From contig OY253690.1 of assembly GCA_958009085.1 (NCBI GenBank), positions 248,001 through 312,000 of the forward strand: 64,000 nt of DNA. Reading direction: 5' to 3'. Position numbers and translations under genes: made by a program. Positions within the stretch are counted from its first letter, which is position 1. Every line of letters starts with the position of its first letter. Under the pieces are notes generated by a model. That model was not told the origin of the DNA and made no database searches. It saw nothing but the letters and a program-made list of their open reading frames with translations. Source of the DNA: Protoeuglena noctilucae. Taxonomy: Eukaryota. This document shows positions 12,498 to 26,518 of the stretch, one piece after another.

Positions 12498-12873
12498 CCA
12501 ACGACCACGTCTACCCTGCAGACGCGTGCAACCGAGCGCCTGGAGCGCCTGGGGTCCCCTGCGAGGCTTTCTTGGCTTTGTGACGCGCTGGCCCGACGGA
12601 CGTTGCGCGGTGGCGACAATGAGAACAATTACGTCGCGGGGTCGGCCGGCGCGGGGCGGATCGCTGCTCCTTTCGCCTCGCCAGAACCAGTTCTGGCGTT
12701 TTCGGGCCGATTCTACTCCCTCGCGACACCCCCAGGGCTGGATCAGCGCTCGCGTGCCATTCGACGCATACATCGCCGCCGGCAAGCGCGGGCGCGGCGG
12801 ATGGGACGCTGAGAGGGGGAGCGCCAGCTGGCCCGCGCTTTCGATCCCCGGGCGTCGCTCGGGGCGTGGCAGG

Positions 12874-15800
12874 ATGCAGGGATACAGCGAGCATCTCTGT
12901 CTGTCGATCCGCTACCAGGGCATCGACAAGATCGAAGCGGAGCGCCTGCTGGTGGCCGTGAACCAGGACCCGGACGCGGCGGGCAAGGTCGCGTGCCTCG
13001 ATCTGTGCGGGAACCGGGTGAGCGTTGGCTCGGGCCCTCGATTGTGACGTCAAGATGGCTCTGAGCTGGCCCGCGCGGCTCCCGGGGCGAGGCTCGGCCT
13101 GCGCGGGCCCCGAGTGCCCCGCATGCAGGGCCCGCAAAGCGCTGCGAGCTCCGCCGACCCCGCCCGCCCCGCAGATAGCGAGCCTGGAGGGTCTGGAGGA
13201 GTACAGCTACCTCGTCTCGCTCTCGCTGAGCCAGAACCGGCTCTCCGCGCTGTCTTCCGCGTCGTTCTCCTTCACCCTCACCCACCTGGATGTCTCGCGC
13301 AACCACCTCACCTCGCTCGCGGGGGTCCAGGGCCTCCCGTTCCTCACCTGGCTCGATGCCAGCCACAACCAGGTGCCGCGCGCGTCGCGGCCCGCAGCGC
13401 GCGACTTCAAACACGCATCTCCGGTCTGCACTTCCCATCGGCATTGCAGCCAGCCGCGCCTCCGCGCTGCGCATCGCACCCCGCTCCGTGCGAAATGTGA
13501 CTCGAATATACCAGATATACCCCCGCGTCCCCGCAGATCTCCACGACGGCGGAGATCGCGCAGTGTTACCGCCTGCGGACACTCCTGCTGGGACACAACC
13601 GCATCCGCTCTGTGTTCGGACTCGAGGGCCTTTTAGAGGTGGAGCGACTGCAGCTGCACGGCAACGCCCTCGCGGGGCAGGCCGAGCTGCGCCTCCTGGC
13701 CACCCTGCAGAAACTCAAGGCGAGTTAGGGTTCACGACACAGGGGGGGACGTTGCATTGCATGCGAGGGAGTTGCTTGGTCGTCGCACTGATCAAGATAC
13801 CCACCTGCCTGATGCTACTACACCTCATTCCTCAGTGATTTGCACCTGCAAGACATACCCTCCCTCTCTCTGCATCACACTCACCAACCGCCCTCCCCGC
13901 AGCACCTGACCCTCCGCGGCAACCCCGTGGCGTCCCTCCACTATCTCCGCCTCAAAGTCACCCACATGATGCCAGGACTCGTCTCCCTGGACGGCCAGCC
14001 CATGCGCTCCGGGCCCAGCACACCCCGTGGGGGCCGCAACCCCCTGGCCCGCTCGCAACAGACCCCCGCAAACGCCGCAACTCGCGCGGAGCCGTACGCG
14101 AGATTCGAAACGGTTTTCAAAGCCCCGTTGTTCGACCCGCCTGGGACGGTGGGGCCCGAGGGGCAGATGCTGGACGACTGTGAGCCGACGCTGGATGTGG
14201 ACTATGCGCCCGATGAGGCCGTGGCGTGGCTGAGGACGGCGGTCAGGTGAGGGGGTTTGGGTTGGAGGGTGTGTGGGGTGTGAGATTGCAGGTTGCAGGG
14301 GGCAGAGAGGGGGATGGCTTGGGATGATAAGTGACCGCGTTGTTTCCTATCTGTTCATTATCATGCATTACCAAAGCCCCACCCTCACCGCATCGTCATT
14401 GTTCTCTTCCACCACTATCACCACCACCACCACCACCACTCTTACTTATCCTCTACCCCCTTTCCCCCCCCCAGCGACGTGGCCCAGGCCTTTGACCTGG
14501 AGACCTCGGCGTTGGACGCCTCGACCCACTGGGCCAACCACAGCCGCAGCGCCGAGGCACGCACGCCGGGGGCGAGGGAGCTCAACGCGCTGGAGGTGAG
14601 GGATGCTTGGGAGTGCGAACGTTGGGGAGGATCAAAAGGTGCGGCTGGCAATGAGTCTGCAGTTAATCATGTGCACTCTTTTCAGGTGCACTAGTATGAG
14701 GCTTTCTTCAACGCTCTTGACGACAGCGGCAGGCATTTGTAAGAGCATTCCACACGCACACCCTCCCCCCCCAGACCACCCCCCTCTCCTCCCGCCGCAC
14801 CGGCATCCACGGCTACCTGGTCCCCGGCTCCCCCGAGCACCGCGCCGCCACCTCCCGCCCCGCGTCCCCGCCCCCCCGCTCCCTGTGGAGCCCACCCCGG
14901 GCCAGCAGCGCCCGCACCGCCAGCCCCGCTCCCTCCAGCCCCGGGCGGCTGAGGACGGAGGAGTCGGTGGGGCGGCACATCGCAAGGCTGCACGTGGCGA
15001 GGGAGAGGGAGGAGGAGCGGACGGGTGAGGGGGTGGATAGCCTATGAGAGAGTACAAGGGACGAGTAGATATCAATCAGATTACCGCCCTTGTATCCCCT
15101 CTCCCATCGCAGCCACCAAGTCCCTGCGCCTGTGGACCTGGAGCAGCCCGGCCGACTCCTCCACCCTCCTCAAGCCCTCCTTACGCGACGTCTCCCCCCA
15201 AGTCCACACCAGCTGGGACGCCGCCCCGCCCCTCAGCCCCACCGCTTTACGCCAGAGGCAGCAGCTGTCAGAAACAGCCCATGTCGACCGACTGCGCAGA
15301 GCTGCGGAGGCAGAGGCTAGAGGGGTCGCAGCGGGGCTGCAGCTACCGGGAATGGAGAAGAAGAAACCTGGGGTGGTGCCGCAGGTAGTGGCGGGGGCGG
15401 GGATGGGTGGGGTGGCTAAGGACGAACATGGGCGCATACGCGAGGCGGCGTCTAGGCACGCGGAGCGGCTGCATTACGGGAGCTTGTTGGCTGAGGAGGA
15501 GACGAGGGGGAGGCCGCTGCCGGGGTACCACACGCCCACGCTGGTGCAGCAGGTGGGGGATAAGGAATGCCTGGACTGGTTCAATAGCATCATACCAATC
15601 AAGGTATGCAGTAAGTACTACTCACATATCTTCATTCTGTTTATCCTTTCTCCCCAGGCGCTGGCTGCCTTGGAGGAGCGCAGCCTGGGTGCGGCAGCTG
15701 GGGGTGCTGCGGGACAAGCGGGGCTGGGGGCGGGGTCTCAGCCCCGGGAGGCACTGCGGGCGAATTCGATCGCGGAGAGACTGGAGAGGCGCATGTCGGG

Positions 15801-17582
15801 TGAGTGGGAGAAGTAGATGTAATGGTGTGGTGGTATCCACCATATGTGGTGGTATGGTGCTGAGGGGAGAGGTGGATGTGGTGGGTGAGTGGGAGGGGGT
15901 GGATGTGGTGGTATGGTATGGTGAGTGAGGGGAGGGACTGAAGAGGCGCATGTCGGGTGGGGGGGGGGGGTGGTGGATGTGATGGTGTGGGTGTGGTGGT
16001 GGTATGGGTGTGGTGGGTGAGGGGGAGGGAATTCATGGGGTGGTATGGGTGTGGTGGGTGAGGGGGAGGGACTGGAGAGGCGCATGTCGGGTGTGTGGCA
16101 TGATTAGTGAAAGGTGGCTGTTATGGCGTGTGCGCGTTGGGTGAGTACACGAGCTTGCCTGTGGCTCTTCGCATGTGCACTTGCAATGGGTGATCCAAGC
16201 GACTGACACCCAGACACCCAGTAAACTCGTAACAACGTGCCAGTCACGTGCCACTCACTCACCTCCCCCCATACACACACCCCCTCACCCCCCTCCCCGC
16301 CCTCCCAGGCAGTGCCCCCAGCACCCCCCGCCGCATGGACAGCGCACCCAAGCAACAGGCCCACGCCAGCCGCCTGGCCTCGGGGTCACCAGCCACCGGA
16401 TCGCCCTTAAAGGACGCGTCCAGTACTAAAGACCCCTTCACCTTCCACCCCCACCACGACACGGACAACGACGAAACCCCAGGCATCGATCAACACCACG
16501 ACCATGGTCACCAGGGCCCTAGTAACCACGGCCACCAGGGTCAACACGGCCACCAGGGTCACCAAGGCTCGAGTCATGGCAGCCACCAGGGCCCCAGTAA
16601 CCACAACCACCAGGGCTTCACTCAGAGCAGCCAGCAAGGCAACCAATCAGTCGACCCTTGGCGCGACTACGCACGAGGCGACGGGGGCAGTAATGAGAAT
16701 GGCAACCGGCATGGCGACGCAGGCGCAGAGGCGGGGGCGGGGGCGGGGGCTGCTAAGGGACCGTGGCCCTCTAGGGGCGCGGTGGCAGGGGCACACGGCG
16801 GGGGCCTAGCCAGGGATTCGAACCTTTACCCCCCGGCGGCACGCGGGGTGGGTCAACCGCGGGATTCGAACCCTTATCCCCTGCCGGCCGCGTCCCAGTC
16901 GCCGTCGGCCTCGGAGCCTGGTCCCTCGGCGCTGACGGTGTCCGAGGGGTCGAGTCTGACGACGGGAGGGGCGGGGGCAGAGGTGAGGGGGGTGGTGGGG
17001 TTGGGAGAGGTTGGTGGGGGAGGGCCGGGGGCGGAGGTGAGGGGGGCGGGGAGAGTGGGAAGAGTGGGTTGGTGGGAGAGGGTGGGTGCAGGGATGTGGT
17101 GAGGGGGGCGGTGGGGTTGGGTGCGGGGATGCGGTACGATGAAGGGAAAGAAGAGGGTAGTTGCGTAAGCGGAGTGGCATTGGCTTAAGTGGCACTGTTT
17201 GGTATGGGAGCGTCCTGTGTTTGTGCTCATCGCTACTTCATCCTCACCTCCCTCGCAGGGCGGCAGTCGCGCGTTCATGGAGACGTTGGAGGAGGTGGTG
17301 TCTGCGAGGAGGACGGCGTGGCAGGACAGGGTGCAGTCCATGAAGGACAGGGGTGCGTGTGGGTGTGCATGTGGTGGGATGTGGTTGCATGTGTGGCAGG
17401 ACAGGTTGCAGTGCCTCGGCTGCATTGCTATCGTCATCACCATCATTATCGTTACCTTAACACCATCACAATCTTCATCATCGACACTGACCCGCCACCC
17501 TCCCTCCCTGCCCTCCCCAGAGCGCACGACGTCCAATGCCAGCGCCACGGCAGAGCTCCTCCGCACCCTCCAGGGCCAGTAA
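12874..17582 (+). CDS. SDS22-like leucine-rich-repeat protein with a long low-complexity C-terminal region, multi-exon
   Basis: Repeats LDLCGNRIASLEGL, LSLSQNRLSAL, LDVSRNHLTSLAGV, LDASHNQI, LLLGHNRI, LQLHGNAL and the LRRcap HLTLRGNPV..LVSLDG. The 3' exons are joined on splice-signal evidence only. Confidence 0.72.
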
Positions 17583-18192
17583 TTGCCGGCATAAGAGAAA
17601 CAACAGCGGAGTGCCTTGGGGCTGCATGGGCTTTATGCTGTGTACCACCCGCACCTCCCTGCGTGGCCCTGGCATGGCGATAGCTGTGGAGTGGCATGAC
17701 GGGCGATTGAAGACTGAGTAGATGAACAGACGAGTTGATGTCACGTGCCAACCATCGCTGTGTATGCACGGCAAGGGATGCTGGCATGGTGGCACTCCAC
17801 AGACCAGCCCACGGGTATTTGGTCACAGCACCCAGCCCGTCGGCTGCCACATTTTCGCGATTGTCCCATCCTCTCTCTGGCATGGCAGGCTCCGTTCAAA
17901 CGCCCGACGCGCCGTCAAGGCACGCGCGGCCTGGCCACGGCCCACCCGGGGCCGGCCGGCCAGCCAACCCAGGCGGGAATCGAAACCTATACCCCTACCC
18001 ACGGCCGCAGACGGCCAAAGGACGCCGAGCGCCGCAGCCCCCGGCGCCGGCCAATGCCCGCAATAACCCGCCCCCGATGTGAGGCGAGACGCGTCACACC
18101 CCACACCCTCCCACGACGCCCCCCATGCATAACGACCAAGGACACGTCGCACGCCCCTAGCGGATGCGTGCGCCCGCGACTGTCGCGCCGCC

Positions 18193-19854
18193 TCAGTTCA
18201 TGCGCTGGATGAGCTCGTTGATCTTCTGCTCGCGGCAGCCGGCATCACCCCCCTCGATGTAGTGGATGCGCTTCTTGCGGAGGCCCCCGTTGGCGGAGGA
18301 GAGCTGGAAGGGCCAGAGGAAGTTGCTGCACTCCTTGAAGGCGGGGCCCACTGCGGGGGAGGGAGGGCAGGTGGGGGCATTTGAGACGGCCGTGCCACTA
18401 GGTGGGTTGCTAAAGCAAGAGTTGTGCGGTGGGCCATGGCGAGTGCGTGCGTGGTGAAGTACAGGTGCGGCCATGCTCAGCTGATCGTCGCTTGGCTCGC
18501 CCAGCACAGCAAGCGCACAATGGCCCTCGCGACGACACACGACAGCACCACGCTCCCCCTCACCCGTGTAGATCTGGTGGATGAGGTCCTCCATGCAGAT
18601 GACGCCGTGCTTGCCCAGGTTGGCCTCGATGATCTCGTTCTCCGTCAGAGCCACGCGCTGCCCGTTGACCTTCCCGAAGCCGCGCTTGTAGACAAGCTCG
18701 CGCACGCTCTTCAGGTTGGGGTAGCCCCAGGCGATGTAGGGCTCCACGCGCTTGAGCAGACCCAGCGTCGCCTTGTTGATGCGCACTGCGGGGGGCGCAG
18801 GGGGTATCACGGGTGACGGGCGCATGCCGGGCGACGAGGTGTGCGCCATGGTGCGCGTGTGCGGCCCTCACCGAACACCCCGTTGTTGATCTGCCTCAGG
18901 CGCAGCAGCTGCAGGATCTTCTTGGTCTTGGGGTGCATCTGGTTGATACCCCTGCGAGTGAGGCGCAAGGCAACGGGTGTGAGGAGGCGCCCCAGACAGC
19001 CATGTGTGCATGTCCCCCGTCGGCGGCGCGTCGGGCCGGGGCGCGATGCGCACGCGTCGACAGGATAAATGCGAACGCGAAACGGCGGAGCGCGGGCGGG
19101 CCGGGCCGCACCGGATGCGGATGGCGAAGGCGAGCTTGGCCTCCGGCTCCACATAGAAGCCCTTCTGCGCCTTGGCCTCGCGCTTCAGGCGGATGAGGTC
19201 ACGCTCCTTGTCCCGGTACTCCTGCGGCGGGCGAGGAGCGGGGCGTCGGGCCGGGCGGGGCCCGCCGCGCAGGCACGCGCGGCGACTGCCGGCCCGGGCA
19301 AGGAACGGCCCCCCGCCGGCCGCTCGAGGTGAAGCGGATCGCCCGGACGCTTCCCCGGTTAGTGTGAAGGTCACAGAGACCGGCGGACACGGCAGTAACC
19401 CGCGGGCGGCGCTGCTAACCTGGACGTACTTCTCCGCCCGCTTGAAGATCTCCACCCGCTTCTTCTTCTTCTCCGCCAGGGTCTTGGTCTGCGCGGCCTC
19501 CTTCTCCGCGTCCCACCTGCGCGACACGGCCCGGCGGGGGCACTTGCGGCGCTCCCCCGCGACCCCGGGGACCCCACCTTGCCCCCTCCCGCCAGGGGAC
19601 CGCGTCCCGGCGAGACTCTAGCGGCTCATACTTCCAGACGAACGTGAGCGACACCGCGGACCCGGGCGGGAGGTCCTCTTGGGGCCCCGACACCGCGAGG
19701 GACCCCGAGCGAGGTCTGCCCGCCGCGGCCGCGCCCGAGCGAGGCCCCAGCGGGCGAGAACGGCACACCACAGCTGCTGCGCCCGTGCGCCTCACTTCTC
19801 CTGCCGAGTCCGCTTCTTGAGAAGGGACTCGGGCACGCCCTGCTTCGGAGCCAT
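18193..19854 (-). CDS. RPL7: 60S ribosomal protein L7 (uL30); exons 19854-19796, 19516-19420, 19221-19112, 18951-18872, 18785-18564, 18350-18193
   Basis: [79 protein letters not shown]. Confidence 0.97.
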
Positions 19855-19895
19855 GGTGCGCCCCCCTCGAGACACCGCCGCGCCGAAGACACTCT

Positions 19896-20040
19896 AGAAA
19901 GGACCGGGCGTACCGACGCACGCGCCCCCTCGACGCCCCCGCGATTGCCGGGTCAGACCCGCCAGTGCTGCGCGCGGGTCTTCCCCGGCCGAAGCGGGCA
20001 CGAGCGCGAGGCGTCTGCTTGCGTCCCGTCCTTTTCTCGC
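19896..20040. promoter_or_regulatory. Putative bidirectional promoter of RPL7 and RPS7 with TCT/5'TOP-like pyrimidine starts
   Basis: CCTTTCT on the minus strand at 19902-19896 and CCTTTTCTC on the plus strand at 20030-20038, about 130 bp apart between the divergent genes. Confidence 0.5.
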
Positions 20041-20371
20041 ACGGTTGGGGTCGCAGCGGTGGCAGGTGAGACTCCCTGGAGGGCCGGGGTGGCTCGCGGC
20101 GAGGCCGGCGAGGCGGGACGGGGTCGCGCGGGGCTGGGACGGGCTTCCGGGGGCCGCCGCGGTGTATACGATCATGGTTTTGATAGATGCCGCCGCGCCG
20201 TGCATCGGCGTCGCGGGGAGGGCGGGGCCAAGGGGTGCTAGAGGGGGGCGGGGCCCAGGGGCGCCAAGCGGGCCTGCGCCGGGGTTAGCAGGGAGCCCGG
20301 GGAACATGTGGCGCGCCTGCATCGCGGAGCCCGCACGCCTCTGCTCCTGCGCGCAGGGGAACGTGGTCACC

Positions 20372-21235
20372 ATGTTCAACGCCCGCAAGAAGATCGCCAA
20401 GCCGGCCGGGGCGGAGCCGACCGAGTTCGAGACGTCCGTGGCTCAGGCCCTGTTCGACCTGGAGGCCACGAACACCGAGCTCAAGACGGAGCTGCGGGAC
20501 CTGTACGTGTGCGGCGCTCGGGAGATTGATGTGTCGCCCACGCGCAAGGCGGTGCTCATCCAGGTGCGCGAGCGTGCGCGGGACGCGTGGAAACGCCACG
20601 CGGGCGATGGTGTGACGCGGCGGCCGCAGCCCCCGCCCGCCGGCCTGCCACGTCCCACGACTGCCCGCCGCAGGTGCCCTACCGCCTGCTGAAGGTTTTC
20701 CACCGGATCCAGCTGCGGTTGGTGCGGGAGCTGGAGAAGAAGTTCTCGGGGAAGGACGTGGTGGTGGTGGCGGCGCGTCGCATCCTGCCCAAGCCTTCGG
20801 ACGAGGCGAGTGCTCGGCCTGCGGGCCCCCCGGGGCGCGCGCACCGCCGTTCGGCTGCGCGTCTGGGTCCTCTCTATGCATGGTTTGATCAGCAGTCCGG
20901 AAGCGACGGCGCCGCGGGCCACTGGAGGTGGGATGGGCAGCTGGAGCAGGGACCTGAGCTTGCCGCCTCCCCTTCGTTCGCGACAGGTGAAGAACCGCCG
21001 GCCCCGGTCGCGCACGCTGACGGCCGTGCAGGACGCCATCCTCGAGGACCTGGTGTTCCCGACGGAGATCGTGGGCAAGCGTGTGCGCTACCACACCGAC
21101 GGGTCCAAGACCCTCAAGGTCTACCTGGACCCCAAGGAGCGCAACTCGACCGAGTTCAAGCTCGAGACGTTCGCGGGGGTGTACAAGAAGCTGACTGGGA
21201 AGGACGTCAAGTTCGAGTTCCCCATCGAGGCGTAA
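20372..21235 (+). CDS. RPS7: 40S ribosomal protein S7 (eS7); exons 20372-20563, 20674-20805, 20987-21235; probable 5'UTR intron 20066-20356
   Basis: [77 protein letters not shown]. Confidence 0.97.
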
Positions 21236-21531
21236 CTGGGCGCCGGGGCGGGGCGTGCTATGTGCCGGCTAGCGTGGGAGCGCGACTGCCGCGGATCGGA
21301 TAGCCGCCGCGGCGCTGCCGTGTAGCCGAGCGCGGTGTTTGAAGGACTAGGGGTTACTCTGGCAGGCTGCGGCTGCAAGGGCTGGCCGTCTGGCTCCGGC
21401 TCGTGGCCAAGCAGCCTGGCTGTGGGTCGTGACATCGCCCGTGGTTCAAGTCGGCACGTGCACGAGCGCGCATGCAAGCGCCAGCTACACGCTTTGGCCA
21501 GCCCAGACCACTGGCGGGGCGAGACGCAGGC

Positions 21532-22180
21532 TCAGGCAATGGTGTTGGCGGCCGAGGCGACACGGGGCCACAGGTCGGCGCACTCCTTGGCGACGGGGCC
21601 GGTGATGGCGGAACCCTTCATCTCACCCTGCGAGCGAGCAAAGCAGCGGGGATTGATGTGAGCCCAAACCAGATGACGGGCCCGGCAATCATCCGTCACA
21701 GCCGCGCCGCCGCTCGCCTTGGGGTTGACGATGACCCCGGCGTTGTCCTCGAAGTAGATATACACCCCATCCTTGCGGCGCCACGCCTTGCGCTGGCGGA
21801 TGATGACGGCGTTCATCACCTGCGCGGCGGCGGCCACGGCGGAGCGTTGCGCGTGCCCCGCGGCGCCAGGCGGACGCCGTCCCGCCCGCGGCGCGCAGGA
21901 GCGATTTGCAACGCACAGATGCGGCCCGCGCGATGCTCCGCCGCCCGGCCCAACGCACCTTCTTGCGGAGGTCGGGCTTCCCCTTCTTCACCGTGGCGAG
22001 GACCATGTCGCCCGGGCCCGCCTTGGGCAGCCGGTTGAGGCGCGCCCCGAAGCCCACCACCGCCATGATGTACAGGTTCTTGGCGCCCGTGTTGTCGGCG
22101 CAGTTCATCACCGACAGGGTCTGCAGACCGCACGCCATGCGGAACTTCTTGCCGCGCACATCCTCCTTCAGCTTCCCCAT
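21532..22180 (-). CDS. RPL23: 60S ribosomal protein L23 (uL14); exons 22180-21959, 21819-21718, 21627-21532; probable 5'UTR intron 22321-22189
   Basis: [73 protein letters not shown]. Confidence 0.97.
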
Positions 22181-22463
22181 GGTGCTGCCTGCGGGGCATC
22201 CCACGGAAGCGTCTGTGAGCGCCAGGGCCGCCCAGAGCGGCCCGGGCGCGGGCAGCCGGGGGCGTCAGGAGCGAGCGAGTTGCGGGATCCCCGAGCACCG
22301 CGCGCATCCCCCGCCGCTCACGAGCGTCTGTCGCGATGGCGGCGCGTGGCTCGGGCGCGGCTCGCGGGTGCCCGGGGTGGCCGGGGAAGCCGCCGTCGCT
22401 CGCCTGCGCGATGAGGGGCCGCCGGAGTAGCGCTGGTAGCGGTCCGCGGGACGGTGCGGCCAC

Positions 22464-22580
22464 GGGAAAAGGGCGTGCAGGGTCGAGGCCGCGTCCCGGT
22501 GGCCTCGCAGCCCGGTCGGACAGCCCTGACTCGGGCCGTGCTGGCCCGGCCAGTCGCTGATCCGCGGCCTCTCCTCCATC
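22464..22580. promoter_or_regulatory. Putative bidirectional promoter of RPL23 and the DED1-like helicase
   Basis: CCCTTTTCCC on the minus strand at 22473-22464 and a pyrimidine tract near 22568 on the plus strand. A CAG|GTGAG donor at 22722 and an acceptor at 23391 suggest a DED1 5'UTR intron. Confidence 0.35.
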
Positions 22581-23405
22581 ACCGCCAGTCAGAGACGCGA
22601 TTCCCACGATCGGCACAGCTTGGAAAGGCCCGATTTCATCCTCGGTACTCCAGGAGTCCTGACTTCACCAGGGTGCCGCAAGGCTCCTCTCCTCGGCTTC
22701 CACGCGCGAGGGATCTTCCAGGTGAGAGTTGGGGCAGCGGTGGGGTGCCCGAGGGCGTCGCCGGGCCGTCGACCTCCCCGAGTTTCATGGCAAGCCGCGC
22801 CCGCCGCCCCCCGGGGCCCGCACCGATCGCCATCAGCTCGCGTGAGGGGTGGTCTCGAGGTCCCGCCCCGCACTCCGGTCCCGCGAGCTCTCCCGGCGGG
22901 CCCCGGGATGGCGTCTTTTTGCAGCCCCCCCGGCGTCGTTCGGGGGATCTTTGCGCGCAACCTCGCCCGTGGGATTTTGAAAGGGGCATTGTGGCCACCT
23001 CCCCGGCTCCTTTTCCCGCGCGGTTGACTGGGCCGCCAGGGGGCGCGCGGCCCCCTCCCCTGGTCAGCCTGGCGCGGTGGCGGGGCTCGGACGCGGTCAG
23101 GGAGAGGTCTGGGAGTCTGCGGAAGGCGCGGGCCTCCCCGGGGGTGCCGCCGTCGCGTACCGTGCGCCCCGCCTGGAGCGCCGGTTCTGCGTCCCCCAGA
23201 GCGGGCCACCGACGCGCCCGCGCTGCGGTTTCCCCCTTTCGCGCGCCTCCTAGCTCGGCTGTTTTTGCAACGTGCCCGTGACGCGCGTCCCGGGACGCCC
23301 GGGAGTCGTCGCGTGCAGCCGGCCCCGCCGCGTGCAACGGGGTGGCCGGCCCGCGCTCAGCCCCGCCCGCTTCCCGCCGCCCCGCCCGCAGAGAGAGGCT
23401 CTGAT

Positions 23406-26059
<2,654 letters not shown>

Positions 26060-26518
26060 GGGAGAGGGGAGAATGGATGCCCTGCCTAGGCTGTGGTCAG
26101 CCGCGCCCCCGAGCGACGCCACCAATCCGCAGGGCCAGCCTGCCGGGGTGCCGCGGGCGATGGTTGAAGAAAACCGCATGAAATGGTGCGACGCCGCAAT
26201 CGCCTGCGTGAGCCCAGGCAGGCCCCGGCAGAGGTCCCCCGCCCCGCCGGCTGCCTTATGCGTAGCAAAGCTGTCATTGCGAGTTCTCCCGCGTGCCCCG
26301 CGCCAAGGCAAGGCCTCGAGTTGCGTTTTTCGGGTGCCAGACCCTCGTGTCACGAACCCGGCTCGCGCGCGGGGCGAAGGGCCCCCCGCCCCGCCCCCCT
26401 CCTTCCTTTCTGGGTTACTTTGGGCGACCGCTAGACCCCGGTCGCATCCGTCGGGGAGGGGAGAGGGACCCGAAGCAACCGAGCTGTCGCTCGCCGAAGT
26501 AGCGGTGCGGGGGGTAAG

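Noticed and set aside
16813..16880. tRNA genes suggested by GGTTCGAATCCC on the minus strand
   Set aside because: No acceptor stem, D arm or anticodon arm could be built, and the motifs lie in a coding exon.
21236..21531. Chlorophyte TGTAA polyadenylation signal or a TGTAG variant
   Set aside because: TGTAG follows RPS7 and RPL23 but not the other genes consistently, so there are too few cases to support a call.
21628..21717. Intronic snoRNA in RPL23 (RPL13 introns were also examined)
   Set aside because: There is some hairpin potential but no clear RTGATGA/CTGA pair or H/ACA layout; an Infernal scan would be needed.
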